From Phoronis australis (lineage: Eukaryota; Animalia; Phoronida), in contig NMRA01000704.1 of NCBI GenBank assembly GCA_002633005.1, positions 62,001 through 126,000 on the forward strand: a stretch of 64,000 nucleotides of DNA. Direction: 5' to 3'. Positions 1 through 30,838 of the stretch are shown here, in pieces; within the stretch, counting starts at the first letter, position 1; every line of letters starts with the position of its first letter. The notes beneath the pieces are model-generated. The model saw nothing but the letters and a program-made list of their open reading frames with translations, searched no databases and was not told the DNA's origin. The position numbers and the translations under genes are program-made.

Positions 1-229
1 CTACTGAACATGACCGCCGGGGATTGAAACCGCATATTGTCCGGCGGTCATGTTCAGTCCCCAGCGGTCCTGTTTTGTGGTGGGGCGGTCACGTTTTTAG
101 GTGCGTCAGTCCCATTTTCTGGTGCGACGGTCTCATTTGATCCCCGGAGGTCCTGTTTTGGGTGAGTCAGTCCGATTTAGAGGACCGACGGTCATGTTGT
201 TTCTCACCCGTGAATTTTATAGGACCCTT
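1..229. repeat. End of a palindromic MITE-like repeat truncated by the window edge
   Basis: 18-bp perfect inverted repeat actgaacatgaccgccgg (3-20) / ccggcggtcatgttcagt (41-58) plus repeated gcggtc motifs. Confidence 0.5.
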
Positions 230-2151
230 ATGGGAAATCGAGACTACTGTCACAGTTAGACACATAAACATGTCCTTTCTTCCATTGGGACATACAGTAC
301 AAGCCAAAAATATTCAATGTGAGGTGGACTCCCCCCTCATGATGGATGTGAAGAAGCGTAATTCTTTGTCCTAATTCATTGTAATAGTCTTCCCTCATGT
401 CTGACAATGAAGGACAATTAACAGGCCTGTTATTCAGTAAAGATAATGGGCTACCTTCACTGCCAAAAGGTCACACTTCTTTAAATGTTTTGAAATACAA
501 CTGGTCAACCCATGAAATTATATATTTTTCAAATCCTTGATGATCATAGAAACTTGTGCACAGGAAACCAATGCGTTACTGTTAAGTCACATGATTGTTT
601 TTTCTTAAAAAAATGCATTTCTTCACCTTAACACTCGGGCTAACTCGTGGCTGCCTTATACATAACAAAATTTCACTCGTAACTTGGTGGCTTAGCAGGT
701 TTGTAATTCGAATTTTGTCAACCTAATTGTTGTCAATAATTGTTTTTGCTGTCAACAGAATTAGCTATCATGACATGGAAAAAGGTATTTTGTCCGATTA
801 CTGTTGTCTTGTATTGTATGTCCCTAAGGCTTCAAAGCAGCTACATCAAACAACCAACAAATAGGTATACCTACATATAATCCCACATATACCTCCACAC
901 AGAGTTCATAGAATGTTTTACGATGTACAAGTTTACAATCCTTAATACGTTGCCTTGAAACTTTGCTGTTCTAAATAGTAAAAACCGTAAAAAGTGGCAT
1001 GTATTTAAACATGCTACCCGGCATCATGTTTTTCAAGCAATGCACTCCAGGTGTCATTGGAAACATAGGCTAGGCGTTGAAATTGCTGACTATTGTATGA
1101 AACGGTTGGCATAAGAATAGAACCCATAGTTCTCCACCAGTCCAAGTGGACTCCCAAGGTGAATACAAAAAATAGCTGGGCATTGAAAGATGACTAATGT
1201 TTAATGACTAGGGAAGCTGTAGCTTGTAAGAAAAAGTCAACAAGACAAGTGGTGGATCCAACTTAACTGCACATGTTATGTGATAACCAGGTGTATGTAA
1301 CACCAGAGCATCTGATGCTTTGGTGTCTTCTGGATGGTTAAGTTAGAGTTATTAAAGTTACCTCCTGGTGTTAATGTCGACAAGGGCATGTGGTGTGGTA
1401 TTATTTGATTATTTTTTCAAATGCTTGCCATATATAAGAGACCTACTTCAGTTTGAAAAATACATAATGTTTTTGGAAATCCACCTTGGAATAACTTCAA
1501 TGACTCGCACGTTAAATTGTGATAAATTTGTTGATCGCTAACAACCGGGAGCTGTTGTGAAAGGATGAATTAACTTTACAGTTTACATCAACGCTTCTCT
1601 AACACTGGAGGTAATAAAAGGCCTTTTAGCTGTGTCCTAGAGGGGCATTTAAAGTAGCGCAAGTTGCAACTTGCGTCCGCACGACAATGCCACATTTGTG
1701 TCAAGGCAGCAGTTTTTGAGCGAAATTTAAAATTAAGCAAATACATTTTTCGATTGTTCTGGGTAATAAGTGCATGGAATGATATCATATTAGGAACTGT
1801 ACTCTAGATACTAGTAAATGATGCTAAGTAGATTGTTTATTTAAAAGCTGTGGTAACAATCAACAAACGAGGTAGGTGACAATTGAATGTCATAAGTTTC
1901 CAGGCTTCAGGCGGTCCGCAGCAATCATGGTTTAAGTCCCTTGATGAGATTAATGCAAATCCTGGCTTCAAGTAGTTTTGAGGGACTGAAAGAACGGGCC
2001 TTTTTTTCTAATCTTTGCATACAACAAATCCTAGTGGGATTCCTGAAAATCTGCCCCAGTCTTTCTAGACATAACTAACTCTTTTCCTCAGCTATCTGTC
2101 CACAGGGGGCAGCCTAAGGTGGGTCAAGTTGATCCAGTGCTAATTGTACTA

Positions 2152-3648
2152 CCGTAATCGTTCGGGTTAACGCCCATGCTCAGTTAACCGCCCATCCCGA
2201 CTTTTGGTGGATTTTCGATTTAACCGCCCACTGCTCAGTTAAGTGCCCCCCTGCGATTTTTGAAGAATTCCAGTTAAGCGCCCACCTCTCGGTTAAGCGC
2301 CCATCCCCGACTTTTAAAGAATGAAGATTTAGCGCGTAGTGCTAAGGAAACGCGCGATTCCCCGACTTTTAGAAAAAGATCGATGATCACAATGAGTGCA
2401 ACGACGCCGGGACTCCGAGGCGGTGGTTTAGCAATCTGAATTACAATACAGGTAACGAGTTATTGTCTTGGGTCATGAACTCACATCAAAACATAATACT
2501 TGAACCTTTTTGTCATTTTATTTTCTTCCCTTGTTTGCAAAGTTTAAGAACGCCGCCGGCGTCAAAACCTCCGCTTTCAGCGACTTTGTCTGCCGCGCTA
2601 AGTTTCCGTCTACAGTGCACTAGATAAAACATATATTCGAAAAAATCAGGCCAGAGAAATGTGACAATGGTTTTGCCAACCCTCCAAATTCTATTAAGGT
2701 GGGAAACTCTCGTATTTTGAACAAATCTCACAACTCACGGAAAGATGTCAAATTCTCAATATTTTGATGAGTATAACTGCCGGGTTATAGAGGATGTGGG
2801 GCGACCGAAGGGACATTACAAGTGCCTTACTGGGTTACCGATTTCGTTGCTGCCTGTAGATTTCTGAATTCAAACGTTGGCAATAATGTATGTTTGTGTA
2901 TGATCTTGAAGTAATAAAAAACGGCTAGTAAAATTTTGTTTTTCGCTTATTGCATCTCAGTCAAACTGGTTAGCAGATTTAACTAATGTCGCTGGCTGTT
3001 CTTTACTGTTTCTTGCGTCAGCCCCCACGTAAGCGTGACTGTGTGAATTATCGTTTCCACATCCCCTTTTTAGCCATCCAGAATAATTTTGTTTATACAT
3101 TGGCCATTTTCAGCCTGAACAAAAATTCTTACCATTCGAGTCTGAAATATCTACGACGTAGACTGCTTGACGATAGTGGGTAGGAGATTCACGCAGCTAG
3201 TTACAGGGATGGGCTTAGGGAGCATCGAGCCGGGAAATATGGGAATAGACTTGACANNNNNNNNNNNNNNNNNNNNNNNNNNNNNNNNNNNNNNNNNNNN
3301 NNNNNNNNNNNNNNNNNNNNNNNNNNNNNNNNNNNNNNNNNNNNNNNNNNNNNNNNNNNNNNNNNNNNNNNNNNNNNNNNACAGTCATTTGGCGACGTGA
3401 CGATAAAGCTCTTTGAAAAGGGCTACGCGTTCCGAGTATGATTGTCGTGTCGGGATTGAGATCGCCAGGTAAGATTAACCGCCCAGGGCGGTTGTCTGTC
3501 GTAATAAGCGCCCATGTTCGGTTAACCGCCCATCCCCTACTTTAGGTGGATTTCCGATTTAACCGCCCACTGCTCGGTTAACCGCCCTCCCCTGATTTTT
3601 TGGATTCGCCAATTTAACCGCCCAAGGCGTTAACCGGAACGATTACGG
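2152..3648. mobile_element. Non-autonomous Tc1/mariner-pogo (Tc2-like) DNA transposon
   Basis: TIRs ccgtaatcgttcgggttaacgcc / ggcgttaaccggaacgattacgg (1 mismatch), TA on both flanks, multiple subterminal ttaaccgccca motifs; contains an assembly gap. Confidence 0.8.
3257..3380. other. Assembly gap (124 N)
   Basis: Run of N; single Ns also occur at 13769 and 31206. Confidence 1.
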
Positions 3649-4162
3649 TACCTAGAAGAGCTGTGGTCAGTTGTCACACCCTTACTGAGTTGCACTAGTT
3701 AAGCAGTTGTCCACATGGCCACTTAAACTAGTGCAGGAGCTACTTGCACTAGTTAGTCAAGTGCCCACCTGGACACAAGTTGTGTTACCACATGGTCTCA
3801 GCCAGCTGTTCCCACTTCAGAATATACTGGTACAAAGCATTGGTTGTTAATACTTAGATTTAGCAGCTGATAACCCAGGAATCTTAACCTGAACATAAAA
3901 GTTTACACTTGCAATGACGTCAGGGCTAAATTTAAGGCCTGTAAAATAACTGGTATGCCTGCTAGTCCCAATATGTAGCCACATGCTCTTGGGCTTTGGT
4001 GATAACCAGCCTGGGTCTTAAATACTGTTGGTATTTCTTATTCTTGTGCATAAATGAATTGTACCACAACTAATTGTAAGTTATGTCCAAGCTATTTTGG
4101 TAAATATTAAGCTATTGTTTATTTTCAAAATCAACTGGTCAGACTTCGAGGTAACTGTCAAA

Positions 4163-4855
4163 TGTCCTGTTTACACTGAAAAATTTGACATGGATCAACC
4201 ACACCAAACAAAATGATCCAGCACAAGTATTTGTGTAAACAGGACTTAAATTGAGCAAATTGACACCACGGTGACCACTCTTGTCATCCATATGTGAGGT
4301 AGTGCAACTTTCACCCAATCATCTTGCTCCGTGTCAACAATATGTCTAAACGCGAAACTGGAGCAAGGCATAAGGGATCATCTCTATTATGCTTGCGCAT
4401 AAATCCACCTGTGTACAGGTGATCTTTTTCGATTTGCCAGTCAAATGTTCAGTACCTTGTCTTTAAACTTTTAGCCTGACCACCATTTCTTTTGTCATGA
4501 AATTGCCAGAATATTACAGAATCAACAGTGAGTCAAGACTGGGTTCAGTTCAAATGCTTGGTTATGTAAGGTAGGCCTACTGGTGAATGCATTGATCAGC
4601 TGATTAAAAAAAATCATGCAAGCAAAACTCAGTGTCATGAATCACATTCACTGGAGGAATAAGAAGCACCATAAAAATAGTAATGAACTGTGACTCCTGC
4701 AATTTGCCTGTTTGTGCATGGACATTCCACACTCCTGCCAACAACTCCCGCCTTGCCTCCGTTCCTGAGTTGTGTGTGTAAACAAATGCTCGACACCAGT
4801 TGTCTTGCTCCGTTTCAGTTGCACTGTGTCAAAAGTTAACATCTAAACAGGACTA
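4163..4855 (-). mobile_element. Degenerate Harbinger-like MITE, inverted relative of 10017-10443
   Basis: 4771-4853 aligns to the reverse complement of 10021-10100 and 4165-4275 to the reverse complement of 10340-10440; cctgtttacac...taaacagga ends. Confidence 0.6.
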
Positions 4856-5076
4856 AACTCAACCAAACTTTGTCAAATTTTGTCATCTTCATACCAGAAT
4901 TATTTAGTAATGAAGTGGATGTTTTGTGGCTATAGCAAATCACTTTTGTCAAGCTTTTGGCTGATCTAATATGACGTTACTATGCATAGCTGCTAATTTC
5001 TTCAAGAGTTAATGCATCTAGTTGTTAATTCTTGATAAGTCAGCGATTACACGTAGCCTCTGTTGTATCCGTTTTT

Positions 5077-5581
5077 CAGGGCTTGGAATTTTCCACGGAG
5101 ACGCGGATTTCTGTTTTCTTCAAATGTTCTGTCCCCGTGTTTTATTATATTTCCGTGTAAAAAAAAATCGGATTTGATATAAAAGTTCCTCAGCAAATTT
5201 CTTTCTTACTGCGGCGTTGCCGAAGACTTTCACCTCGAAAAGCGAAAGTTGCTCTTTATGTTTCGGAGGAACGTAAATTTTCATCATTGCCGGGGCACCT
5301 GGGATAGCGTGGTTTTCTTCAATGGCGTCTTGTGAGATTGTAAATCGCGGTGACAAATACTAGGACTCAGCAGCCAAAAATGTGTGGAGGTAGGAGTGGA
5401 CGGACGAGCTAAAAAAACGCAGATGGACGCTTCTGGAGGTGGTACCGTTTTTTATAGTCCTCGATGTTTTGTCGGCAAAAGGTCCATGTAGACAAAAATT
5501 CGAGCCCCCCCATTTTCAAGCCTGGGTGCGCGCATGTTTAGGGCCATAAAAATTTTTTGTCATGGGTCATTCCAAGCCCTG
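5077..5581. mobile_element. hAT-like MITE, copy 1 (6-bp TSD)
   Basis: 13-bp perfect TIR CAGGGCTTGGAAT/ATTCCAAGCCCTG; TSD gttttt; homologous to 18758-19220. Confidence 0.85.
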
Positions 5582-8500
5582 GTTTTTGAATGATGTCAGT
5601 TCATCGCTAACCAGATTGCATGATTGCATTACATAGTAATTTAGCTTTTAAGACACATGTTAATTCTACAACACGTTTTCACGGAATATGCCCGTCATAT
5701 TGTGTTTGTCGCGAAGGATGTCCTCACGTTGTTGTTGCAGCATTGCATGTTTCGGACAAATACTTTCAGAGCTGCTGTTTGCTAACCAATGTTGGCCTTA
5801 ATGAGTATTTCAGTTCCAATAAAGAGCCGGGCACAAACCTGGAGATTTTGATAAAGTTTAGAGAGAATTGTAAGAGATTTTTGTAGTCAGGTCGCCAAAT
5901 GAAAATTGAGGTTGCCTAAACTAAAAAATTTGCCGGTGCTACCATAATAAAAAATTGCGCATATCTGTTCCATTTCTTATGTAAATATACACCATTCACT
6001 GGGAATTACCCTTGTGTGACCCAATGCCAACTTAGACAATCAAAGGCTGTCATTTTTCTCTTACCTACTGAGAATGCAGACAATCAAAAACACTAGATGC
6101 ACATGTTTCATGGTTCAACCTTGCCAGACTTGTGCTAAACAATTTGGACTTCGGGAATTTTGGTGTAATTGTTGTCTGTTTTTGCTACTTGGTGTGGTGA
6201 CTTCGTAGTGATTTGGGATCTTTCCCAACTCACCAGACACAATGGGAAGTCGCATTGACAATCTGCTCTGGTTTGCCAAATTTAGCACTGCATTTTCTCT
6301 GCATTCTAATGTGACCATGCTATAAGGGACTTTTCAATCTTGCTATGTGTCTGCTCACCTTACAGAGTTCCTCTCACCCTGCTGACCCCCAAAGACACTG
6401 GTTGCATATGTCCTCTGTACTTTTATCTGCTGCACATGTTCTCATACCACTGAGTGCAGGGGTGCTGCTGAAAAAAGATGGGATTGTAGCTAGCAACGCA
6501 GTGTCCTCCACAACATAAAATTCATACTCGATTGGAATTACAAAATTTTTACCTGTGTTCAAAAGTCCATGTCCATACTTTGGGGATTGTAGGTGTTAAG
6601 TTGTGGAACAAATGCATTAAACTGGTATCAAAAGTTCAAAATGTCCTAATTTGTTACACAAATGCTTAATCACCCAATACCTGTTGCTTTGGTTTTCAAA
6701 CTCAATACAGTGACTAGTCAAAGCAGGTTGTGGTGAACACTACATGTAACCTGAGGCTGCGGCTGCCTTGAATCACTTCAGGGGTATACTTGTCATGTTC
6801 TCAACTTCTATAAACGGCTAAATTATCCAAAACAGACAAAGTGAAATAACACAGAGTGGTAGGAGTACCTTGGCTGGGATGACGAAAAAAATAACACAAA
6901 ATAAATTGTATTCCAGCAACTAAAGATGCCTACTTAAGGGCAATTATTCCAGCACCCATGCTGCACATGTGTCACACAAATGCACATGGGAGCAAAGCAG
7001 TGCCTGTACATAGCCATTATCATCGCTTGTGATTAAACTTGACCAATTTAAGACATGTACCGTATGTCAAAGATTTTTTACTCTTTTTCAATAACCACCA
7101 TACAAAGGCTTCATCATTGTCAAGTTGTGTACCACAGATACCATCAGATAGTGTTGAAGCAATGTAAAGTCACAAGTCCCCCTCCCAGAAAGTCTGTCGA
7201 ATCTGATTTTTCATTTCTTACTAATTTGTCCCTGGGTTACATGACCATATCTTTATAGTAAAATTTAACAAAAAAGAAAGGTACTTTGATGTGATAGGAA
7301 AACAATTATACCACTAACATGTTTCATTTGATTTAAATTTTCAAGATGAAATCTCGCAACCTTTTTACAGTTTCATGAATTATTGTATCATATGCATTTT
7401 ATGCAACTTTTCAGTTTAATCATAAAAATCATGGAGCTTTTTTGATAGCCCTTCATGATTTTAATTCCTATACCCTTTGGAGAATAGTGCATAAAGTATA
7501 ATATCGGAAAGTTTCATATGGATCCAATTGGCCATTTTGTTTTGAAGTTAGCGGAATTTGGACATTTTTCTAGGCTCCTTATAGGCTGTACAAGCCTCAT
7601 CTTTGCCCCTTATGTGTATTGTTTTGTAACATTAGAATTGGCTGCATGAGTTCACATCTAGTTCTCTCAGCACTATATTTGGCTTGTGTTGGCCACTTGA
7701 TGTCAACAAAGCGTTTCTCCTTTGTCTTGAAATCACCATGGCCTGTCTTCAACTTTAATGTACATTTTCTCACTAATGCATTTGGTCCCTGTCTGCATTC
7801 ACTAATCTGAGTAAAAATGTGTGAAGTCCTAATGGGCCTAGCTAATGGATGTGTTTTAATTCTTCTCACAGCTCACTGTCTTGAAGGTTGAAGATTGTAG
7901 AAAACTGATAGGTTAATGTTATGTAGGACCGTAGCTTGCTAATTTGGGTAACTTCCAAACATCATTTCTCAGGAATGGCTGATTGAATTCATATCAAACT
8001 TGAAAGTACGAATCCTTTTTGCATTCTTTATAATGCTGTTAGGATTTGTGACCCAGTTTAAGTCAGGCTGATAAAAATTAAAAGCTCAAATTTAACAGTC
8101 CCACATACTTTCAGAAAAATGACTAAGTTAAATTCTATAGTTTTCTAGATATTTGACCAAATACACAGGCTTGTGTGTGAGGTCCTACATAGCCTTCATT
8201 ATCTTAACTTGTACTAGGTCTATATGTTGGCCCTTAAGGATCCAGTGGATCCTTAGCTGGACATTACATGTATATAAAGTGTTTATGGAGGAACCACAAA
8301 CCCTAAAAATTCTTTAGCATGGATCACATTATGGCAGACAGATGAAATTTCATTTTGTCCGATTTCTCAGCAAAAACCTTAAAGGAAAATTCACTTTGCT
8401 TTGAGCAGGGTTTGTGTAACGTAGCTGTTATCAAACAACATTTGGTAAAATTTTGAGCATTTGCAACAATATGGTAAGCCTCTGTAAAATAGAAATGTGG

Positions 8501-8600
8501 CTATTCTAGCAAATATTTTTGTCCCAAAGTAAAGAATTTTTAGATTACCATGTGGTTGAACCTGTTGGCCTCACTTTGTTGAAAAAGAGTCCAACAGCTT

Positions 8601-9893
8601 CAGGGTGTTCCTTCGAAAGAGAAACCCAGTGTAAAACAGATATCCCGGAGTCGAAAACAGACTCCTGCACCTTCAAAACTGCTAACCAACCTGAAAAACA
8701 CAAATCACGACCTTTCAGACGGAAACCTCAGGGAATTGGACAGGAAACCCAGACAATTTTTCAAACTTTCTTTGACTGTTGTCAGTAACCTCAAACTTTG
8801 AATTAAAACATCTTCAAGTACTTTCCAGTTGCTTTCTGCATTTGTTAAAAATCGTCGTTAACAAAACGTAACCTGTTTTATATTGACTTAATTATATCAG
8901 TGAATATTTAACTAATTTTAGGTTATTCATTAATGTCTCCAAAAATATTTTCAAAAATGAAAAACAAAATATTATTTCGATTTTACGAGTGCCATTGTTG
9001 ATTTATTCCCTTAAATATCTCTGCAATTGGCCACATTTTGGGCTTCGTCGATCTACATGTTGAGAGTACATTATTTCTGGCGCAATCAATTTCCAGATAT
9101 TGAAATGGACCGCAAGAATCATTCACTTAAAAGACCGGGGGCCCGTTCCAATAAAACTGACTTAGCTAAGACAAATCTTAAGTTTTAGTAAATTTTAAGA
9201 TAAAACTTAAATTTGTCTCGAGACCATTTCAAGAAAGAGATTTTAAGTTTGAATTAAGGTTTAGATAAAGTTTTTTCTTAATTTTTACTATTTTACCGGA
9301 TGTGGAAGTTTCAAAGTATGGAAATTAAGACAAATCTTAGACTTAAGTCAAAAATGAACTTAAGTCAGTTTCTTGGAACGGGCCCCTGCACTGTCACCAA
9401 TTTCACTGTTCTAGCCCTCAAAAAGCTATAGTTCTCCTTATTGATCATTAAAATGGAATTTGGAATCGAAATTTCTGAACTCAACGCATTCACACTCTTT
9501 TTTGGAGATCACTGCTGCAAAATTTATTCTGAAATTCAGTTTGCTAGTATTAAATACTTAAAACTTGTAAGGAAATGAATTTAGTTCTGATATTTAGTTG
9601 TGACATCTACGTAACCTACGCCATTACGTCATAAGTTGTCTCAAATTCTCATATAGTAAAACAACATATCACAACAACAGTGGGTATTTAAAGTAAGAAG
9701 ATTTACTTTTCATCAAATCATGTTAGACAGGAAGTGCGGGATTGGTGTTTCGGCCTTCTGGTATCCTGTTTAATTCTGGGGGTTCCTGTTTGAAAAGTCT
9801 GGGTTCGTGTTTTTCAGGCTAGTTAGTTGTCCCCCCCCTCCGACTCCAGGATATCTGTTTTCACTGGGGTTTCTGTTTCAATTGAATACACTG
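8601..9893. repeat. Long (~150 bp) imperfect inverted-repeat pair, probable old DNA transposon
   Basis: 8601-8755 matches the reverse complement of 9758-9893 (e.g. gaaacccagtgtaaaacagatatcccggagtcg vs cgactccaggatatctgttttcactggggtttc); no clear TSD. Confidence 0.55.
9139..9385. mobile_element. Harbinger-like MITE between the 8601-9893 inverted repeats
   Basis: TIR gggcccgttccaa..aactgactta / taagtcagtttcttggaacgggccc; flanks cgg/ctg; internal cttaag repeats. Confidence 0.7.
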
Positions 9894-10016
9894 AGGTAGG
9901 CCTGTAAACATAAGTACCAGTCTTGTCAAAACATGGTCCTGTTAATTGACTAGCTCTTATCTGACATTCTCCACCATTAATGTTTTGTGGTCCTGTTCCT
10001 TTCTATGGTAGACTCT

Positions 10017-10443
10017 AAAGTCCCGTTTACACATCAACTTTTGGCCCGGCGCAACTGACACGGAGCAAATTGACCCGTGTCAAGCGGCCGTTTACACACA
10101 CAACTCACTAACCGTGGCAAGACGGAAATTGAAGGCTGGAGAGACTGGATCGCACATGCGCAGGTTTACAAATGACGAGAGTTGCAGAGACAAAGAACGC
10201 GTATGTAGGTTATTGCACAAGCGCAGTAGAGATGATCTTTTCCACCTTACTCCAGTTTCACGTTTAGACTTATAGTTGACACGGCGCAAGATGTTCGAGC
10301 GCAAATTACTCTAACTCACAAACGAGTGGCAAAAATTTGTCACCGCGGTGTTAATTTGCTCCGTGTCAGTCCGTTTACACTCTGGAACAACTTGTTCCAT
10401 GTCAGGTGATCCGTGTCAACTTTGTAAGAGTAAACGGCTCTTA
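10017..10443 (+). mobile_element. Harbinger-like MITE
   Basis: Ends taaagtcccgtttacac / gagtaaacggctctta; internal inverted tgacacggagcaaatt / aatttgctccgtgtca. Confidence 0.65.
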
Positions 10444-12845
10444 GGTCTCCAAAGAAGTTGATCCACAAACGGGTATGGAGGCAATGAACAGGGATTTGCC
10501 TATCAGAACACACTTCAATGGACTATTCACCCTTTCTTCACTCTGTCATAAACTGCATGCAAATAAAGAAAAGTTTTGAGTCATTTCACATCACAAGCCC
10601 TACAGATGAGCACAGAAACTTTATATTCTCTCTTGTATTTTTGACCCTTTCACTCCCAGTGGAAACCAAGCTGAACTAAGAAAAATAAGGGCAAAAAATG
10701 CAAAATCGGCACTTTTCACCCCATAATCACCACTTCCTTGCCGATGCTCGACTAAAGTCAACATTAGATTCCGAAAGCAAATTTCCTATCAATTCCAAAA
10801 ATGTGGTTCAAAAGTACTGTCAATCAACTAGTTTTTTTTGCAAATGTGGATTGTTTGAGGGCTACCTGAAATCGCGGCCAATTTCTCAGTTGCTACACCG
10901 CAATGCACAATTGCAATAGGGGGCCACCATCTTGAAGAAGGGTGCAGCTACAGCCGAGAAAGTGGCGTGTTTTCATTCTCAGCATGTTCACAAATACAAA
11001 AAAACACATTCACTTGGCTTACATAGAATACCTACCTAAAAATGCCCCCACGCCTGGCCTACCCCTAGATTTTAATATTTTGGAAGTGCAAACTGGACGC
11101 GGCCGCAGTGTAACTGTTCAGTGCCACCTATGCACCTTGTTGTTGATACCAGTTTGTTAATCGGCCAATAGAATGGCACTACTGGTCACATGCAAAGCAA
11201 TGTGGGTATTATTTAGGAGTTCATTGTGGGAATGGCATCTTTGGCAGATGATACATTTTTGGATGTTCCCATGTTCAAAGCACTTCTTTGAGATCGTTGT
11301 GTACTTACGTCATTGATTCCCTTAATACATTTAGCACCTCCTGGTATCATCTTATTTTAGGCTATTTTCTGTGAGAACTCTTGGTTGATGTTTGCGGAGA
11401 CATTTGACAAGCTACCGATTGTTTATACTGTTTTCATCTTCGTAGTTCATCTTTATTCTTTTTTCAAAATTAACTGCAAAACAACAGACAAGTTCATGTT
11501 TATTCTTATCGATTGCGATGTTTTTCTGTTATCTCTAGATGTAGATATAGTCGTAAACAATGACTGATTTCAAAGGTACTGGAGAAATAGATGAAGATGA
11601 GTTAGTGCGTGGGTGGACAGTACATTTGTGTTGAGGTACACTACAAAGCAGAAACGAGGAAGCTCGCACATGGCTTTCAACCATTGAACTAAGTTGGCTT
11701 ATGCTTAAATTATAGGAAATTTCAAATCAGCCCGTTCAAAAGAAGAAATTTGCAATTTGATCTGGATTTTAGAAATCCTTTAGTAACTTCAGAGAAGAAT
11801 CTGCTCGAACAGTCTGACTAAACACATTTTCACTCAACAATTGGAAGTTATGAACTGAACACTAACTTCTTCCAATGCGATGATTGTTGATTGCTGATTG
11901 TTGATCGTCGCTATGCATTGCAGTTATTTCTAGCTTTCAAAAAGTAGCAGTTGTGGAAATAACATTGCTCGCGGTGCCTTTCCTGAAGTTAAAGCAGGGA
12001 TTGGTTTCAATTAAATTGGAAAGCTAAATTATCTAAAAGACAAACATCTGCTATAAGGTACATAATCAGACAATATTAAAAATTTGAGTCCGACAGAATG
12101 AGTTTTTTTATCCATTTATTAATGAAGTTTGATCTCATTGGATTACTTTTTTCACACTACTACTAAGTCTGCAAGCGGCAGTCTAAACCTGTAACTAGAT
12201 TTGAACATCTGTGTCATATTGGTCACTGTGGTAGCACACTTAAACACGCCACCTTACTGGCATGTTGGTGGGCAACGCCTCGATACCAAAAATGTTCATG
12301 GCATATCTTTAAGATTTGTTTTTCTGTCTGAGAAATTAAGGTATTTCTGTGATGACAGTTTTGGTTTAAATTGTCTACCTGCCTTTTCGGTAATCTCATT
12401 CTTTTATACCAAATGTTTCTGCAAGTAAGCCCAAGTTTAATAGATACGCCCAATGGGTGTATACATAGAACATTTTCCACAGATTCATCCATTGTGTACA
12501 TTTGGAGAAAATATCTGGTTAAATTCTGAAACTTTTTCTAGTTTCTGAGGAAATTGACACCCAAAACTTTGACTGAAGTTAATATTCAACACCAAACTCT
12601 TAGCTGTGGGGACAATCCTGCATCGGCAAGGTTGTATATTTACTTTTTATTGTGGTATTTTGATAAAGAAAATGTTGTGGGAATTTCCGTTAACAAACCA
12701 GCTAAAATATTGGCACACCTGGGTACGTATTTGTGACTTCCAAATACAGGCCCAGTTTTAAATTTTGATGTGACTTAGGGTTGCTCAACTGATATTTTCC
12801 AACTATATGCTCTCAGTGGGCTTATCTGCTGAACACTAGTAGTAA

Positions 12846-30838
<17,993 letters not shown>

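Noticed and set aside
8379-9014. Kolobok-like TTAA-bounded elements (also ~13547-13838 and ~55852-56428)
   Set aside because: The ends are short and degenerate, and the first overlaps another inverted pair; boundaries cannot be supported.
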